Below, one piece after another: positions 39,125 through 51,932 of a stretch of DNA of 64,000 nt. The position numbers were made by a program, and so were the translations under genes. The stretch's first letter is position 1; each line of letters starts with the position of its first letter. The notes beneath the pieces were generated by a model. The model did no database searches and was not told the DNA's origin. It worked only from the letters and a program-made list of their open reading frames with translations. The DNA is from Octopus sinensis (lineage: Eukaryota), in assembly GCF_006345805.1 (NCBI RefSeq), contig NC_043000.1, positions 17,422,001-17,486,000 on the forward strand, given 5' to 3'.

Positions 39125-40790
39125 CTGGAAAAACACAAGTAACTTTAACCTAAACTGTTTCTACAGAAATTGAAATATTGTAAAATATTTTTGGAAAGAA
39201 AAGGAAAAAAAAAAAAGAAAAGAAAATACATTGCAAACAAAAAAGAATTTATTTCATTTGATTATTGTTTTTAATATTGAAAATTTTGTAAAGTTTTCAA
39301 ACTATAAAATCTATTTAAGCACAACTTGTAAACAGAAAAACTAACAGCATTTCAATAGAAAAAAAAAAGACAAACCGATTAAAATTAATTACATCAATAT
39401 TTTTTTGTTTGTAACAAACACTAATTGTGTAGGTAAGCAAAATGCAAGTGGAGAAATAATCATAGATACTAATAACATGCTTTAACAAAGAAGGAAAATA
39501 TACAGCAAACAAATTTTTTAAAAAATTAATTCAGAAACACTTTTGAGAACTCTATATTGAAGAAGCATTAACTAATATTTATTCTGATTTTTAGTCATAT
39601 CTAAATCTTCAAGAAGCTATTGTATTTCTTATAACTATTTCAGTAAAATAAATTCTAAGGAAGGGCAGAATAATTGCAAATTATCTAAACTGGACAAATT
39701 AACATTTTCATAGTAAAAACATCAGCAAAAATTTAATGTTTGCTAAAATCAAATACTCAAACTTGAGAATCATAAGCCAAGAAAATTTCTACAGAGTTGC
39801 TTTTCAGGTTCTATAAAGCAACCAAATCTGTCTAAGTTCACATCTGTCATTAAAATGGAGAATAAGTTTATGTTCTAAATCATTAGCCAGCATGTTCACA
39901 ATAGTCTTTGTTTTCAACAATGCCAGTTACAATAGCAGCTGAAAGATTCTTCAATCAGACAGCTCCATGCCATAGTTAATGGGAGTATTCAATAGTAAGT
40001 TAAAAATTAATACACTATTCTAATTATTTACCAAGGTATTAACTTTTAGTTCATAATCTTTAGATGGATGGCTTTTAAAATTAATTTTTAAATACACTTA
40101 TACGTGTAAGTAATGTAAGTACAGTAAGTAATGTCAGTAATGTAATTCCAAACAATGGTTTTCATACATTTATAATACAATTGATCATTACATGAATTAA
40201 AAGTAAAGCAGTCAGTTGAGATAGTTGCAATGTCTTTGGACTTTGACTTTATAAAAACTGTTTTTTTTTATTCTATAAGTTCTATACAGAGGAGAAAGAG
40301 GGTATGACAGTTAATTAACGGGCATTACAGCAAGAGATGTGTTGTAAGCGAATTCAAAGACTAATATAATTAGACCAGTTCAAGAGAATAACTCTAAAGT
40401 AAATAAAAATTTTTAAAAAATAGCATTTTTAGATGAAAATTTGGAAGAACAAAAATTCCAAATAATTTCATACAATTCTCAAGAAATATTAATTTGTTCA
40501 TTTTTATTTTTCTACTGGTCTCAATCATTAAAGCTAATTCTAAATTCAATACAATCAGCTGTACTACATGACCACCATCACCATTCTAATGCTCCCTTTT
40601 CCATACCTGTACAAGTCAGAAGTAATTCACTGAGGTAAATTTTCTACAGCCCTCCTTGTTACCAATACACATATTTTCAAACAAGGTAATATTTCCCAGT
40701 CAGTCACATTTTCATGGAAGAGTGAAAACAAATGACACTGCTGGTGTGGTGGTGATACTTGTTTACAACTATTGCATGATATCAAGAATG

Positions 40791-40873
<83 letters not shown>

Positions 40874-40875
40874 TA
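40791..40875. repeat. (CA)n(TA)n(CA)n compound microsatellite
   Basis: Direct inspection. Confidence 0.95.
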
Positions 40876-43851
40876 CACCTCCAGCCTATGTAAGCATGGA
40901 ACATTGATACTATATACCGGATCGACTTATTTCAGTTTCCATCTAACAAATCTACTAATAAAGCTTTGGAAAGTTAAAGACATTTGGCCTATGTATTGCA
41001 CAGTGTGATTGAAATGAAACCAGGTAACTGGGAAGTAAACTTCTTAACCACACAGTCATGCTTGAGGAAATTATAAACAATTTCCAAAAGGCTCTTTCAG
41101 TGATAATTTCAATAACTTCATTAAAAGCTTTCATATTATATTTAGTTTTATTTAAAAAGATTTTTTAAAGAGACATTACAGACACATGTCTGAATAATTC
41201 CTGTTATAATTTACATAATGCACAGGAACCTATGAATAACAATTTATATGTATCATTTTCATGAATTTCTGATAAAAATATATTAGTGTTATATATATCA
41301 AACGCAAATGTAATAATAGGAAGCAGAGGGAAAGAAAAAAAACAATCTCTAGTGATCTAAATTTTCCATTTCAAGCAAATTTTAGCTATTTTGAAAAGCC
41401 ATAAAAGAAACCAAACAGGTAAAATAGTAATTTGTAGTCTAGCAGCCAAGATATTAGAAAAACCAAATAGTCATAAAAATGTATCACACAAAACTACTTG
41501 TCAAAATAACACAAAGAAGTATATAAAGTTAAAATACCAATGCAATTAGCAAAGATATTGCAATTTACACACTGTGTGTGTATGAAACAAATTCAAGCAG
41601 TAAATATTAAATTTCTAAATTGTTTCTCAATGTTAGATAATAGAAAAAAAAAATTAGTACTTGTTTTTATTTTGAATATGAAATTAATAAAATTAAAAAT
41701 CAAGTTTAACACAAACACAGTAAATAATAAATATATTAAAAAGAAATCGAAAATCTAAATTCATTTAACTGAAGCAAAATTAAAAATGAAAAAGTGATAA
41801 AATATTCCATTTCTTTATAACATTACCATTATCTAAACCTTAAGATAAATTTTAAACTTCTTCAAGAACACAAATTTTGTCTGCAAGACTGGTGTTATAA
41901 GAAACAGAACATGATAAAATGTTAAACGAATATGAAAACAAAACAATTCTAAGCTGGCTAACTATGAAAGTAGTTGCCTTCAGAAGCCAATTTGAATTGA
42001 ACCATATTAACATATAGAAAGGAGAAACAGATTCCTTATGTTTGATCTTATAATTCATAACATTACTATATCATAAAAACAAATAATTTATTGCAAGATA
42101 TTAACTTTTAAAGTAAGGCCGAAACTGGAAAGTTTTCAGAATAACTATCAAAACAGTCTCCTTGATTTCCATTATGAAATAATCTAATGAATGTAAATTG
42201 GCTTTTATTGAGTGGATCTTTTAAAGAAAGATAACCCTAGTTTGTAAAAATTACTTTTTCCTCAATTTCACAATTTATACAAAAGCATTTTATCAAATTC
42301 ATTAAAAAAAATCCCCATATCAAGAATTATGATTTTTGTTGTTTTATTGGTTGGTGAAAATAAAATAGTACAATACAGTAGTATTTAAGTGAACAAACAT
42401 TTAGTTAATGACACCCAATACCATACCGGAAACCAATCAGTAAGTTACTTAAGGAACAATGAAACATTAACTTTCAAACCATATAAAATTAATAGTTCAA
42501 TAGCTTCTTATCACAATAAAGGTAGCTGATATTGTGTCTTTTCTGCACAGTTGGCTTCATATGTCAAATAAGGAAACTGATTCCATAATTAACACTTTGT
42601 GAAAAAATTTTGTCTGGGTAGTACAATTTTATCATACATACATATAATAAATAATGAAATAACTGCTGAAAATTCCACCAGGAAAGCATTTACTAATGAA
42701 TAACTTACAATTTGCACAGAAACATACTTACAGAAATATAGCTAAAATTAATTTTTTCTTATAAGAGTTACAGCTATGCAATCCTATGAAAACTTAGTTA
42801 AGAGCACACAATTGTTAATGATAGTACACAATGCTCTACCATAATCATTAAAAATTTCTCTCCAAATAAAGGGCTCTGTCCAAAACGCCAGTATTCTTGT
42901 CTCATAAAGATAAGAATACTAACTAAAAATAATTTAGTAAATATGCAAATTTACTAAACAATTTTTGCTGACAGACTGATTCCTGTTATTTACACATGAT
43001 TGTTTGTTACATAAATGTTCCTTGAAAATGGCTGCTACAAGAGTGATCAAAGTTTGAAAAGCTAAGATACCAAGTTGTTTGTAATAATGAAGATCCTAAT
43101 TTAGCAGCAGCCAATAGCCAACTGAATCAAGTATTTGTTTAAACAAAGATGCATAAAAAAAAAAAAAAAACTGTTGGAAACTGATTTCAGAACAACAGAG
43201 CCCAATGTAAATATAATTCATTCAACTAATTAGAAAAAGCTTTAAACAGGTGATGGCATTCAAACCTACATGTGTGGAAACCTGTAAGCTTATGTATAAC
43301 CCGTTTTGGTTTAAAATTAGAAGAAATCAAACCTCTTTCACACACAAACACACATTCCATAAAACATAAATATTTTATAATGTAACTTCATTTCAAATGT
43401 TTAATTTGAAGGCAAACAATAGAATTTCCTTTATTTTTTAACAAATAAAAGATTCAATTTAATTATTCTATAATGTATAGAATTAACCAACAAGAGTTGT
43501 AACCGGATAAAAGGACATCTAACACTGAGGCTTTGAAAGAAAGAGATTCAGAATATTTTCCTTGGTAAGCAATGTGTCTATAGATACATAAAATAGAATT
43601 TAAATGTTAAAAATTCTATAATATAAAATATAGTATAAAAAATATTTCAAATATCAGGACTTTTAAAAATGTATGAATAATTTGATTTTTTAAGAGATAC
43701 ATAGATTATCAAACTTTAAACATTAATAATATACTTTTAAAATTCAGCTGCATTGGGATTTTAAGAAAATTTTACATAATATTGTCATCTGAGATTTTCA
43801 ATGCAAATACTTAAAAATGAAGGTGTTTTGTTACCATAGTAATAAACTTAC

Positions 43852-43907
43852 CTTATGAGAAGGAGCTAGTCCAATAGGTTCAGTAAGCTGATGTGAAGAT
43901 TCATTCA
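43852..43907 (-). CDS. WNK: WNK small exon (56 nt)
   Basis: (V)NESSHQLTEPIGLAPSHK. Boundaries ttttag/gtaagt. Phase 1 to 0 is exactly what is needed to rejoin the frame between neighbouring exons. Confidence 0.85.
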
Positions 43908-44351
43908 CTAAAATAAAATGTGTTTGATAAATTCATAAAATGCAAGGAAACTGGCTTCTTAAAAAAATCATGAAATGCTGATAAAATATAATGCAGTGTT
44001 GGTTACAGTATTAAGAAAATCTTTTAGAATCACAATAATCCACTGATTTGGATAAAAATTGTTTTTGGTGGTACAAATTGCATAGAATACAGAAAAGATT
44101 TAAAGAAAAATATGTACAATTTTTTTATAAATGAAATTTTTTTTTAAATTTTGAAAAGTATATTAATTATTGAAATCAGAAGAATATTAATGCTAAAAAT
44201 CAAGGCTAACATGACAATGAACTGAGTTCATTTTGTAACTGGTTCTCTTACATTTTAAGTGATTCATCAAAGGTTCTCAACTGTTCGAAAATAACTAAAA
44301 AGATGACAGCACATATAAATATACACGTTATGTATAAAGGATAAAAATTAC

Positions 44352-44787
44352 CAGCCGTGGGATGTTCTGCCTGGGAGCCTAAGTTACCTTGATGTCCCTC
44401 TGTGGTCCCAGTAGTAGTAGTGGCGGTGGTAGTGGTGGTAGTAGTAGTACACGTAGTAGTAGAAGTAGCTGTTGTTGTTGTAGCAGCAGTAGGTTGCTGA
44501 GGTTGTTGTGAAGTAGACGGTGGTTGCGATGTTGGCAGACCCTGTGACTGATGAGGTGTGGCCATCTGTTGTGGTTGTAGAGGTAATTGTGTTTGAGAGG
44601 TCTGAACATTTGGAGTTTGGGATGTAGAAGTTGATGGTTGTCCATCTTGGCCGCTTGGAACATCTGATGCCTTCTGTTGGGCTTCAGCAGCCTTGCGTTC
44701 ATTATCACGCCGAGCTTGAGAAATTCGTTCTCGAATTTGTTTACCTACTATTCTAATTTCTTCCTCTTGTAAAAATCCTGATTTCAC
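44352..44787 (-). CDS. WNK: WNK exon: end of CCT-like 1, coiled coil, Q/P/T-rich linker
   Basis: VKSGFLQEEEIRIVGKQIRERISQARRDNERK...poly-Thr...EHPTA. Acceptor taaag, donor gtaatt at 44351, with an alternative in-frame donor gtaact at 44387. Confidence 0.9.
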
Positions 44788-44926
44788 CTTTAGAATAAAT
44801 ATGTCAGTAATAATTAATTATGCTTTATATACATATAAATATATATATATATATACATACATACACACTTAAGTAAAATGTAAAATATGTCCATTTATTT
44901 TTTAAAATATGCTTGAAAAATTTTAC

Positions 44927-45158
44927 CATTTCTCTTGCTACATCTTCAGGACTATCTTTCTTTAAATCAAAGCCAAACTGGATAGCTTCATTTTCTTTAT
45001 GTTTATCTTTTCGCTTCTTGGGGTCCACCACTCTTAAGCGGAGTTGAATAATTTGGCTTTTGTCCACATCATTTTCATCATGCCATGAAACCAGCTCTAC
45101 TTTCAAACCAGTGTCTTCTAAGAAGAAGTTCAGCTGCAATAATTCTTTTACCATATAT
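44927..45158 (-). CDS. WNK: WNK exon: kinase end plus autoinhibitory/CCT-like (PF2) domain 1
   Basis: (R)YMVKELLQLNFFLEDTGLKVELV...IQLRLRVVDPKKRKDKHKENEAIQFGFDLKKDSPEDVAREM. Boundaries ctag/gtaaaa, 232 nt, phase 2 to 0. Confidence 0.95.
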
Positions 45159-45451
45159 CTAGTAGGATGATAAATAAAAAAATTAAAAACCATTACGAAA
45201 TAAGTTTACAATACAAAATATTCTGTTTAATACCTATTTTCCAAACTGGCTTGGGTTAGATTGCTCTATCACATTTAACATGTTCTAAATGCATACAGCA
45301 TAAAGCAAAATTTTTAATACAAGATCACATTTTTGCTTCATTTAATGCAAAAGAACATAATTATTCTTGTGTTGACCATTTTTTAAAAATAAAAAGCAAA
45401 TTTGTGAAGCACACAAAAACTGCAATTTGTTTTATAGAATTCAGCTAAAAT

Positions 45452-48400
45452 TTAACCCTTTCGTTACTATATTTCTGACCAAATTACACCCCTTATGTGT
45501 TTCAATTAATTTCTAACATAATCATAAATTTAGTCTGATTTCATTAAACAACTATAACTTTTTTATTTATCAATATATTAATGTGATTTTTGGAAGGACT
45601 GGAAGAACGGTGGTAGCAGGGAAATGTATCAGACTGCCAGAAGGGAAGCTAGGAGACAGGTCTATCTAGCCAGAGGGGAAGCAGATAAGAAAAAATTTGC
45701 CAATGTTCTGCGCCGTGAGGATGAAAGACTTGAGGTATTTCGTGTTGCAAGACAGTGTGTGAGAGAGAATCGTGACGTGGTAGGAGAGAAATGTGTTCGC
45801 AAGGATGACGGTTCACTTGCGCTAAATGAGGATGCAAAGAGAGAGGCTTGGAGATGCCACTATGAAAGATTGCTGAATGAGAAAAATGAATGGGATAAAG
45901 AGAGTCTGCCGAATGTCGACCCAACAGAGGGACCAGCAATCCGAGTTAACAGTTCCTTAGTAGTTAAGGCAATTACAAGCATGAAAACAGGGAAAGCCCC
46001 AGGCCCATCAGGAATCACTGCAGAGATGCTCAAAATATCTGGTAGTGTCGGCTATAGCCTAGTCACCCGTATAGTTAACCAGGTGATACATGAAGGAGTC
46101 ATACCCAATGACTGGTGTAGCAGCATAATAGTCAACTGCTACAAAGGTAAAGGTGACGCCCTAGATACAAATAACTACAGGGGTATCAAGCTGCTGGATC
46201 AGGTAATGAAGGTTACGGAGAGGGTTATAGCCCAATTAATTAGAGAGAGAGTTAGCTTAGATGAGATGCAGTTTGGGTTCGTGCCAGGGAAAAGTACTAC
46301 TGATGCTATATTCCTGGTAAGACAGCTGCAGGAGAAATACCTAGCCAAAGATAAGCCCCTGTACCTGGCTTTTGTTGACAGGGAGAAAGCCTTCGACAGG
46401 GTCCCCCGATCCCTTATCTGGTGGTCAATGAGGAAACTAGGGATAGATGAATGGTTAGTGAGAGCTGTGCGAGCTGTACAGAGACGCTGCTAGTAAGGTG
46501 AGGGTTGGCAACGAGTACAGTGAAGAATTCCGGGTAGAGGTTGGGGTCCACCAAGGTTCAGTCCTCAGCCCCCTCCTATTTATCATAGTCCTCCAGGCAA
46601 TAACGGAGGAATTCAAGACAGGATGCCCCTGGGAGCTCCTATATGCTGACGACCTTGCTCTAATTGCTGAGTCACTATCAGAACTGGAGGAGAAGTTCCA
46701 GGTGTGGAAGGAGGGTCTAGAATCGAGGGGCCTTAGAGTCAACCTAGCTAAAACCAAAGTACTAATAAGTAGGAAGGTAGACAATCCACAAATGTCTTCA
46801 GGAAGATGGCCCTGCTCGATCTGTAGAAAAGGTGTAGGTAGAAACTCTATAAGATGTACCCAGTGTAAGCTATGGACACATAAGAGGTGCAGCAATGTCA
46901 AAGGAAGGCTAACTGGGAAGATAGTTTTTGTATGTGGCAGATGCTCGGGAGCATTAACCTCTGAAAATCTGCAGAAAACAACTTCCGTCACTTTCCAGGG
47001 GGAAAAACTAGAAGTAGTTGATAGCTTCCGTTATATTGGTGACCATATCAGTAGTTGGGGTGGGTGTGCTGAAAATGTAACGGCTAGAGTAAGAATAGCC
47101 TGGGCGAAGTTTAGGGAGCTCTTACCTCTGCTGGTGACTAAAGGCCTCTCGCTCAGAGTAAAAGGCAGACTGTATGATGCATGTGTACGAACAGCCATGC
47201 TACATGGCAGTGAAACATGGGCCGTGACTGCTGAGGACATGCGTAAGCTTGCGAGAAATGAAGCCAGTATGCTCCGATGGATGTGTAATGTCAGTGTGCA
47301 TGCTCGACAGAGCGTTAGTACCCTGAGAGAAATGTTGGACTTAAGGAGCATCAGTTGTGGTGTGCAAGAGAGACGATTGCGCTGGTATGGTCATGTGGCG
47401 AGAATGGATGAAGATAGGTGTGTGAAAAAGTGCCAATCCCTAGCAGTGGAGGGAACCCATGGAAGAGGTAGACCCAGGAAAACTTGGGATGAGGTGGTGA
47501 AGCACGACCTTCGAACTTTAGGTCTCATTGAGGAAATGACCTGTGACCGAGACCTTTGGAAATATGCTGTGCGTGAAAAGACCAGGCAGGACAAGTGAGT
47601 CCAGCCCACTTATGCATGCCTTTCTTCCCTTGGACACACAAAGACCTGTTGAGGCAAGCGAAGTCGATATTGAACCTCATCCGACTTCAGGCACCTATGC
47701 CTACCCGCCTTTGCTTGCGAAGACCTGTTGGGGCAAGTGAAGTCGAAATCGAACCAATCCTATGACTGGCACCTGGCAGATGCCAGGACCCCTGGACTGG
47801 AGATACGTAAAAAGCACCATCCAAATCGTGGCCGATGCCAGCGCCGCCTCGACTGGCTTCCGTGTCGGTGGCACGTAAAATGCACCAATCCGACCGTGGC
47901 CGATGCCAGCCTCGCCTGGCTCCAGTGCAGGTGGCACGTAAAAAGCACCCACTACACTCACGGAGTGGTTGGCGTTAGGAAGGGCATCCAGCTGTAGAAA
48001 CATTGCCAGATAAGACCAGAGCCTGGGGCAGCCTTCTGGCTTCCCAGATCCCGGTCGAACCTTCCAACCCATGGAGAACGGACGTTAAACAACGATGATG
48101 ATCTCAACCAATTCTATACTATAATTTTTGTCACAAAGTGACTCTAATTGCAGGTAGATACAGGTAAATTCAACAAAATATAAAATTATTAAAATTTTGT
48201 TCAAACATCACTATAGAAAATGGGTTATTAGCTAATATTCAATTGGGTATACAACAAAATTTTACGATAGAATTTGTTATTCTGGGTAACTTTCTGATAC
48301 CCATAATAACATTTATGGCAAAATAGTCTTAATTTCATTTAAGATTGTGGGAAACCACTAACTATCCTTTCTTTCGCTTTGTTTACATTTAGCGTAACGG

Positions 48401-49024
48401 TTCGTTTCCGCCGTAATGATTTCAAATAGGCTCATTCGAAAAAGTAAAAAGAAATAGTCTAAGGCTTTACTCTCCTGGGAAAGTCTGTGGCTTGGTCCAG
48501 TTTCTTCAGAAAAATCACCGAAAGAAACAGTTTTTAAATTTTCACTCTATTCAGGTGCCAATTCATTTTCTTTATTGCTGTCGGAGCTCTCGGATTCACT
48601 GTTTTCACTTTCGGAAAATGAAACATCAGATTCATTATCAAATACCACGTGCTTTTTTTTTCAGTCATAGAGTTAGATTTATCAAGGTCTTCGGTAGAAA
48701 ATCCTTCGAATTCTGACTCGCTGCTTGATATAATGAAATTCGTATCCATTTTTTGTCAGAATTACAAATTTTGAAAACACAATAGGAACAAATTTCGGAA
48801 AAATATCTCCCAAAATTCACGGAATTAAAATTACACTTCAATCGTTGTACAAAACTGTAGATGAACTGTTTACGAAGTATAATCACATGTTTTCACGAAA
48901 GTACTAAAGAGATTTGCTCTGATATTCTCATTTAAATATGAATAGGTAAATACAGGCTGGTTTGGTCACATTAACCAAAATTTTTTTTGGGCGGCTTTGG
49001 GCGGTTTGCTAATGAAAGGGTTAA
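45452..49024 (-). mobile_element. piggyBac-family transposon remnant (TTAA-flanked) interrupted by an RTE LINE
   Basis: TTAA-CCCTTTCGTTA (45452) and TAATGAAAGGG-TTAA (49024). Minus strand 48749 to ~48280 reads MDTNFIISSSESEFEGFSTEDL... then across frameshifts EETGPSHRL..ALDYFFLLF..LFEIITAETNRYAK...WFPT..EIK...MGIRKLP, the N-terminal part of a piggyBac (DDE_Tnp_1_7-like) transposase. Confidence 0.85.
45591..48102 (+). mobile_element. 5'-truncated RTE-clade LINE: reverse transcriptase with one frameshift, 3' UTR and (GAT)n tail
   Basis: ORFs 45624-46493 and 46498-47598 give MKTGKAPGPSG, NYRGIKLL, QFGFVPGKSTTDAIF, FVDREKAFDRV, GVHQGSVLSPLLF, LLYADD, YLG-equivalent YIG, GRPRKTW. Frameshift near 46473. 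Confidence 0.96.
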
Positions 49025-49377
49025 GGGTAAAAATCTAACATCAAAAATATTTCTGCAAATGTCTTTCAGAAAAAAGATATTTGGAAACATTTTCACACAT
49101 CTGGATATTATTTAAAATACAGGATGAGGCATACACATATAACAAAAACAAAAATAAAAGTTGACAAGTTTACTTTTGTTGTGCATGACACATAAGAATT
49201 GCAATAATTGAAGAGACATGACAAAGCCTGCCTATCTCATACCAGCATAGAAATGATGGATATAAAGTGATGGTAGAAGAAAATGATCAATAAATTTGAA
49301 CAAACTAATTAAGAAAAAAAATAAGATATCAAGAAATGGTTTCTAATATAAAACTGTCGACAAAAATACATTTATAC

Positions 49378-49466
49378 CTATCATCTTTTTTTGTTTGTAT
49401 TGAACGTTCAATAATTTCCTTGATCTCTTCATTTTCTACCTTTTCTATAGCCTCTGGTCTAATCCC
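49378..49466 (-). CDS. WNK: WNK kinase exon (end of C-lobe)
   Basis: GIRPEAIEKVENEEIKEIIERSIQTKKDD(R). Boundaries aatag/gtataa, 89 nt, phase 0 to 2. Confidence 0.95.
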
Positions 49467-51774
49467 CTATTTAAAAAGAAAATATAAGGTCAAATTTTAT
49501 CCAAAACTTTAAATACATTATCACGAAAATGTGTATACAAAGAAATAAACAGCCCAAATAAACATATATACTGATGCCATTTCAAATTAATGGCTAGTAA
49601 CATACAAACCAACTTTTAGCAACTGACAGAATTCTTTAAGCCAAAATCTGAAATATATTCAAAAACATCTAAAATAATTCAACAATATTATTTAACAAGA
49701 AATTCTCAAAAAAAAAATTATATAATTACCCTTGTTATTTTTTACATAAAATATTTTATTTAATTCGATGGTTTATCAAATCAAATAATAGCTGCAAAGT
49801 GATAATTTCCCTTAATATCAGGACAAGAATATTTAACTGAAATTATTTAAGAAATTTCTTTTAATGCATCTTTTATTAAATGTAAGGAAATATTACTTTT
49901 TGCATTCAGAATTTTTCAAATGCATATGGAAAATTTTGTTGCTTGTATACAATTGTTTTTCATCAATGTTCATCAAAAAGGATTTGCTTTATAAAATAAA
50001 GCATTTTTTTTTTTTGAGAATAACTATATTTTAATAAGTAAATTCAAATAAGCATTAGGGTTCTTTATCTTGTCAAGAATGTTGAATTTTATGGCTGACA
50101 ATGAATAAAAAACAATACAACAAAGACAAACCAGTTGTCTAACAAGGGGGATCGATTATATTTCTCTGAAAGCTGTTTTTTCACTTATTCATAAATTATT
50201 AATGACTATCTAAGTGTTGAATCTAGAGTAATTTCCACAACATTATTAATCCCAAATGTATTCAATTTACTACTTGTATTCAATACTTACTGAGGAACCA
50301 TTCAGTTATTTTACATATGAAGAAGACAAGAAAGTTTCATTTCTTAAAACATTTTAAAATAATGTTACCTCACACAGAATTTTTTAAAATAATGTTACTT
50401 GACAGAGAAATTACAAAAATGAAAAAAAAGGAATGAAAAAAAAGGAAAGAAAAAAAACAGAAAAGAAAACTAAGTAGAATGTTTTTGGTCACCTTGATGA
50501 AATTATTTCACTTGTATTTGAAAATGAAATGTTTGCAAAAGAAAAATTTGGAATTAAACAAAAGAAAATACAAAAATAGACGGTCTGCCATCAGCAGTTC
50601 TGTGACAAGAGAAAATGAAAATAACTGCAAAATAATTAGTATATGATGTAGTTTAATATGAAAATACAAATCTGAGTACTTCAAAAAAAGTTACATGTCA
50701 AAACACTAGATAAGGTTTCAAAAACCACTTTTCTTTTCTCATTTTTTAAACAAACAATATAGCTTATCCGATAGACTGATTTATCAAAATCAAATAAAAG
50801 CTACAAGGTATATTTTCTTTTCAATGCTAAGACATAAGAATAGCTAACTTAAAACTATTTTTTAAAAAAATCATTAAGCTTAAAAAAAAAGGGAAAGAAA
50901 ATTTTACTATTGCATTCAGGGCATTTCAAATTGATATGGAAATTTTAATTACTATATGTAATTGTTTTTCATAAATATTGATCAAAAAACTTTGCTTTAA
51001 TTATAATAAAGCTTTTTTCTCTTTTTCTTTTTGAGAATTATCTCAAATGGGATCATGGAATTATCTCCCAATCTTACAATATTTGGTTACCAACTGATAT
51101 TCGGGAGACACTTGGATGAAGATACCAATCATGGAAATTGTATTCAGTTACCTAATCTGCCAAAGAAATAATTCTGAGAATGATTAATGTAATGCAACTC
51201 CTTTCTTACAATAAATACAGCAGCAATGATGGCCAAATATCAAAAGTAGATAAAGAAATTGGATTACATAAGGTTCAAACTCAAATATTTAGAGGAATTA
51301 ACAGATTGTAGTAGTTTGTTATTTTTTTTCATGCATCAATATTTTGATGTAACGACCACAGAAAAAATTCAATCAATAACATTAATATCAGGAATTATTC
51401 CATTAGTAATTTAAAGAACTGTATACTTAACAAGAGCTCGAAATTAAGAGGGCAACATCAAGCATTCCTGATCCCTTCAAATATTCACAATATTGAGGCA
51501 ATTTCTTAGAAACTTATAAATGGCTTAAGTAAGAAAACAACACTTTTCTCTTTAAGAATGAAACTACAAAAAATGTGTAAGATAAAAGCAAACAGATTCC
51601 TATTTTGTTGATATATTCAACAATTCCTTAACTATGTTGACAATATGACCCTAAACTACAACAATAAAACTAAAAAAGATAACTGGTGTTCATTAAACAG
51701 AAGATACCTTCCCACTGTCTGAAATTCTCATTTAGGAAATGCTATAAAAAACATACTTAAAATATATAACTCAC

Positions 51775-51932
51775 ACTGGTGACTCTCTTGTAGATCTGCG
51801 CAGCATTCGAACATTCTTTGTAAGGGTATTCTGACGTGGCCATCTCTAGCATGCACATTCCAAACGCGTACACATCCACGGATTCGTCATAGTGCTCTTC
51901 ATACATCTCGGGCGCCATGAACTCAGGTGTAC
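51775..51932 (-). CDS. WNK: WNK kinase exon (P+1 loop/APE, alphaF-alphaG)
   Basis: (G)[52 protein letters not shown]. Boundaries ttaag/gtgagt, 158 nt, phase 1 to 0. Confidence 0.98.

Noticed and set aside
45649-47609. Minus-strand ORFs (96, 178, 106 and 72 aa) overlapping the LINE
   Set aside because: Antisense shadows of the RT coding sequence with no independent motif.
50581-50600. 18-nt micro-exon candidate (cacag|AACTGCTGATGGCAGACC|gtctat)
   Set aside because: In-frame stop in the required phase 0 and a weak donor.
51146-51170. ttctttggcag-ATTAG|GTAACT, a possible 5-nt micro-exon or recursive site
   Set aside because: Not frame-preserving, and the 2.3-kb intron is short for recursive splicing; chance occurrence is plausible.
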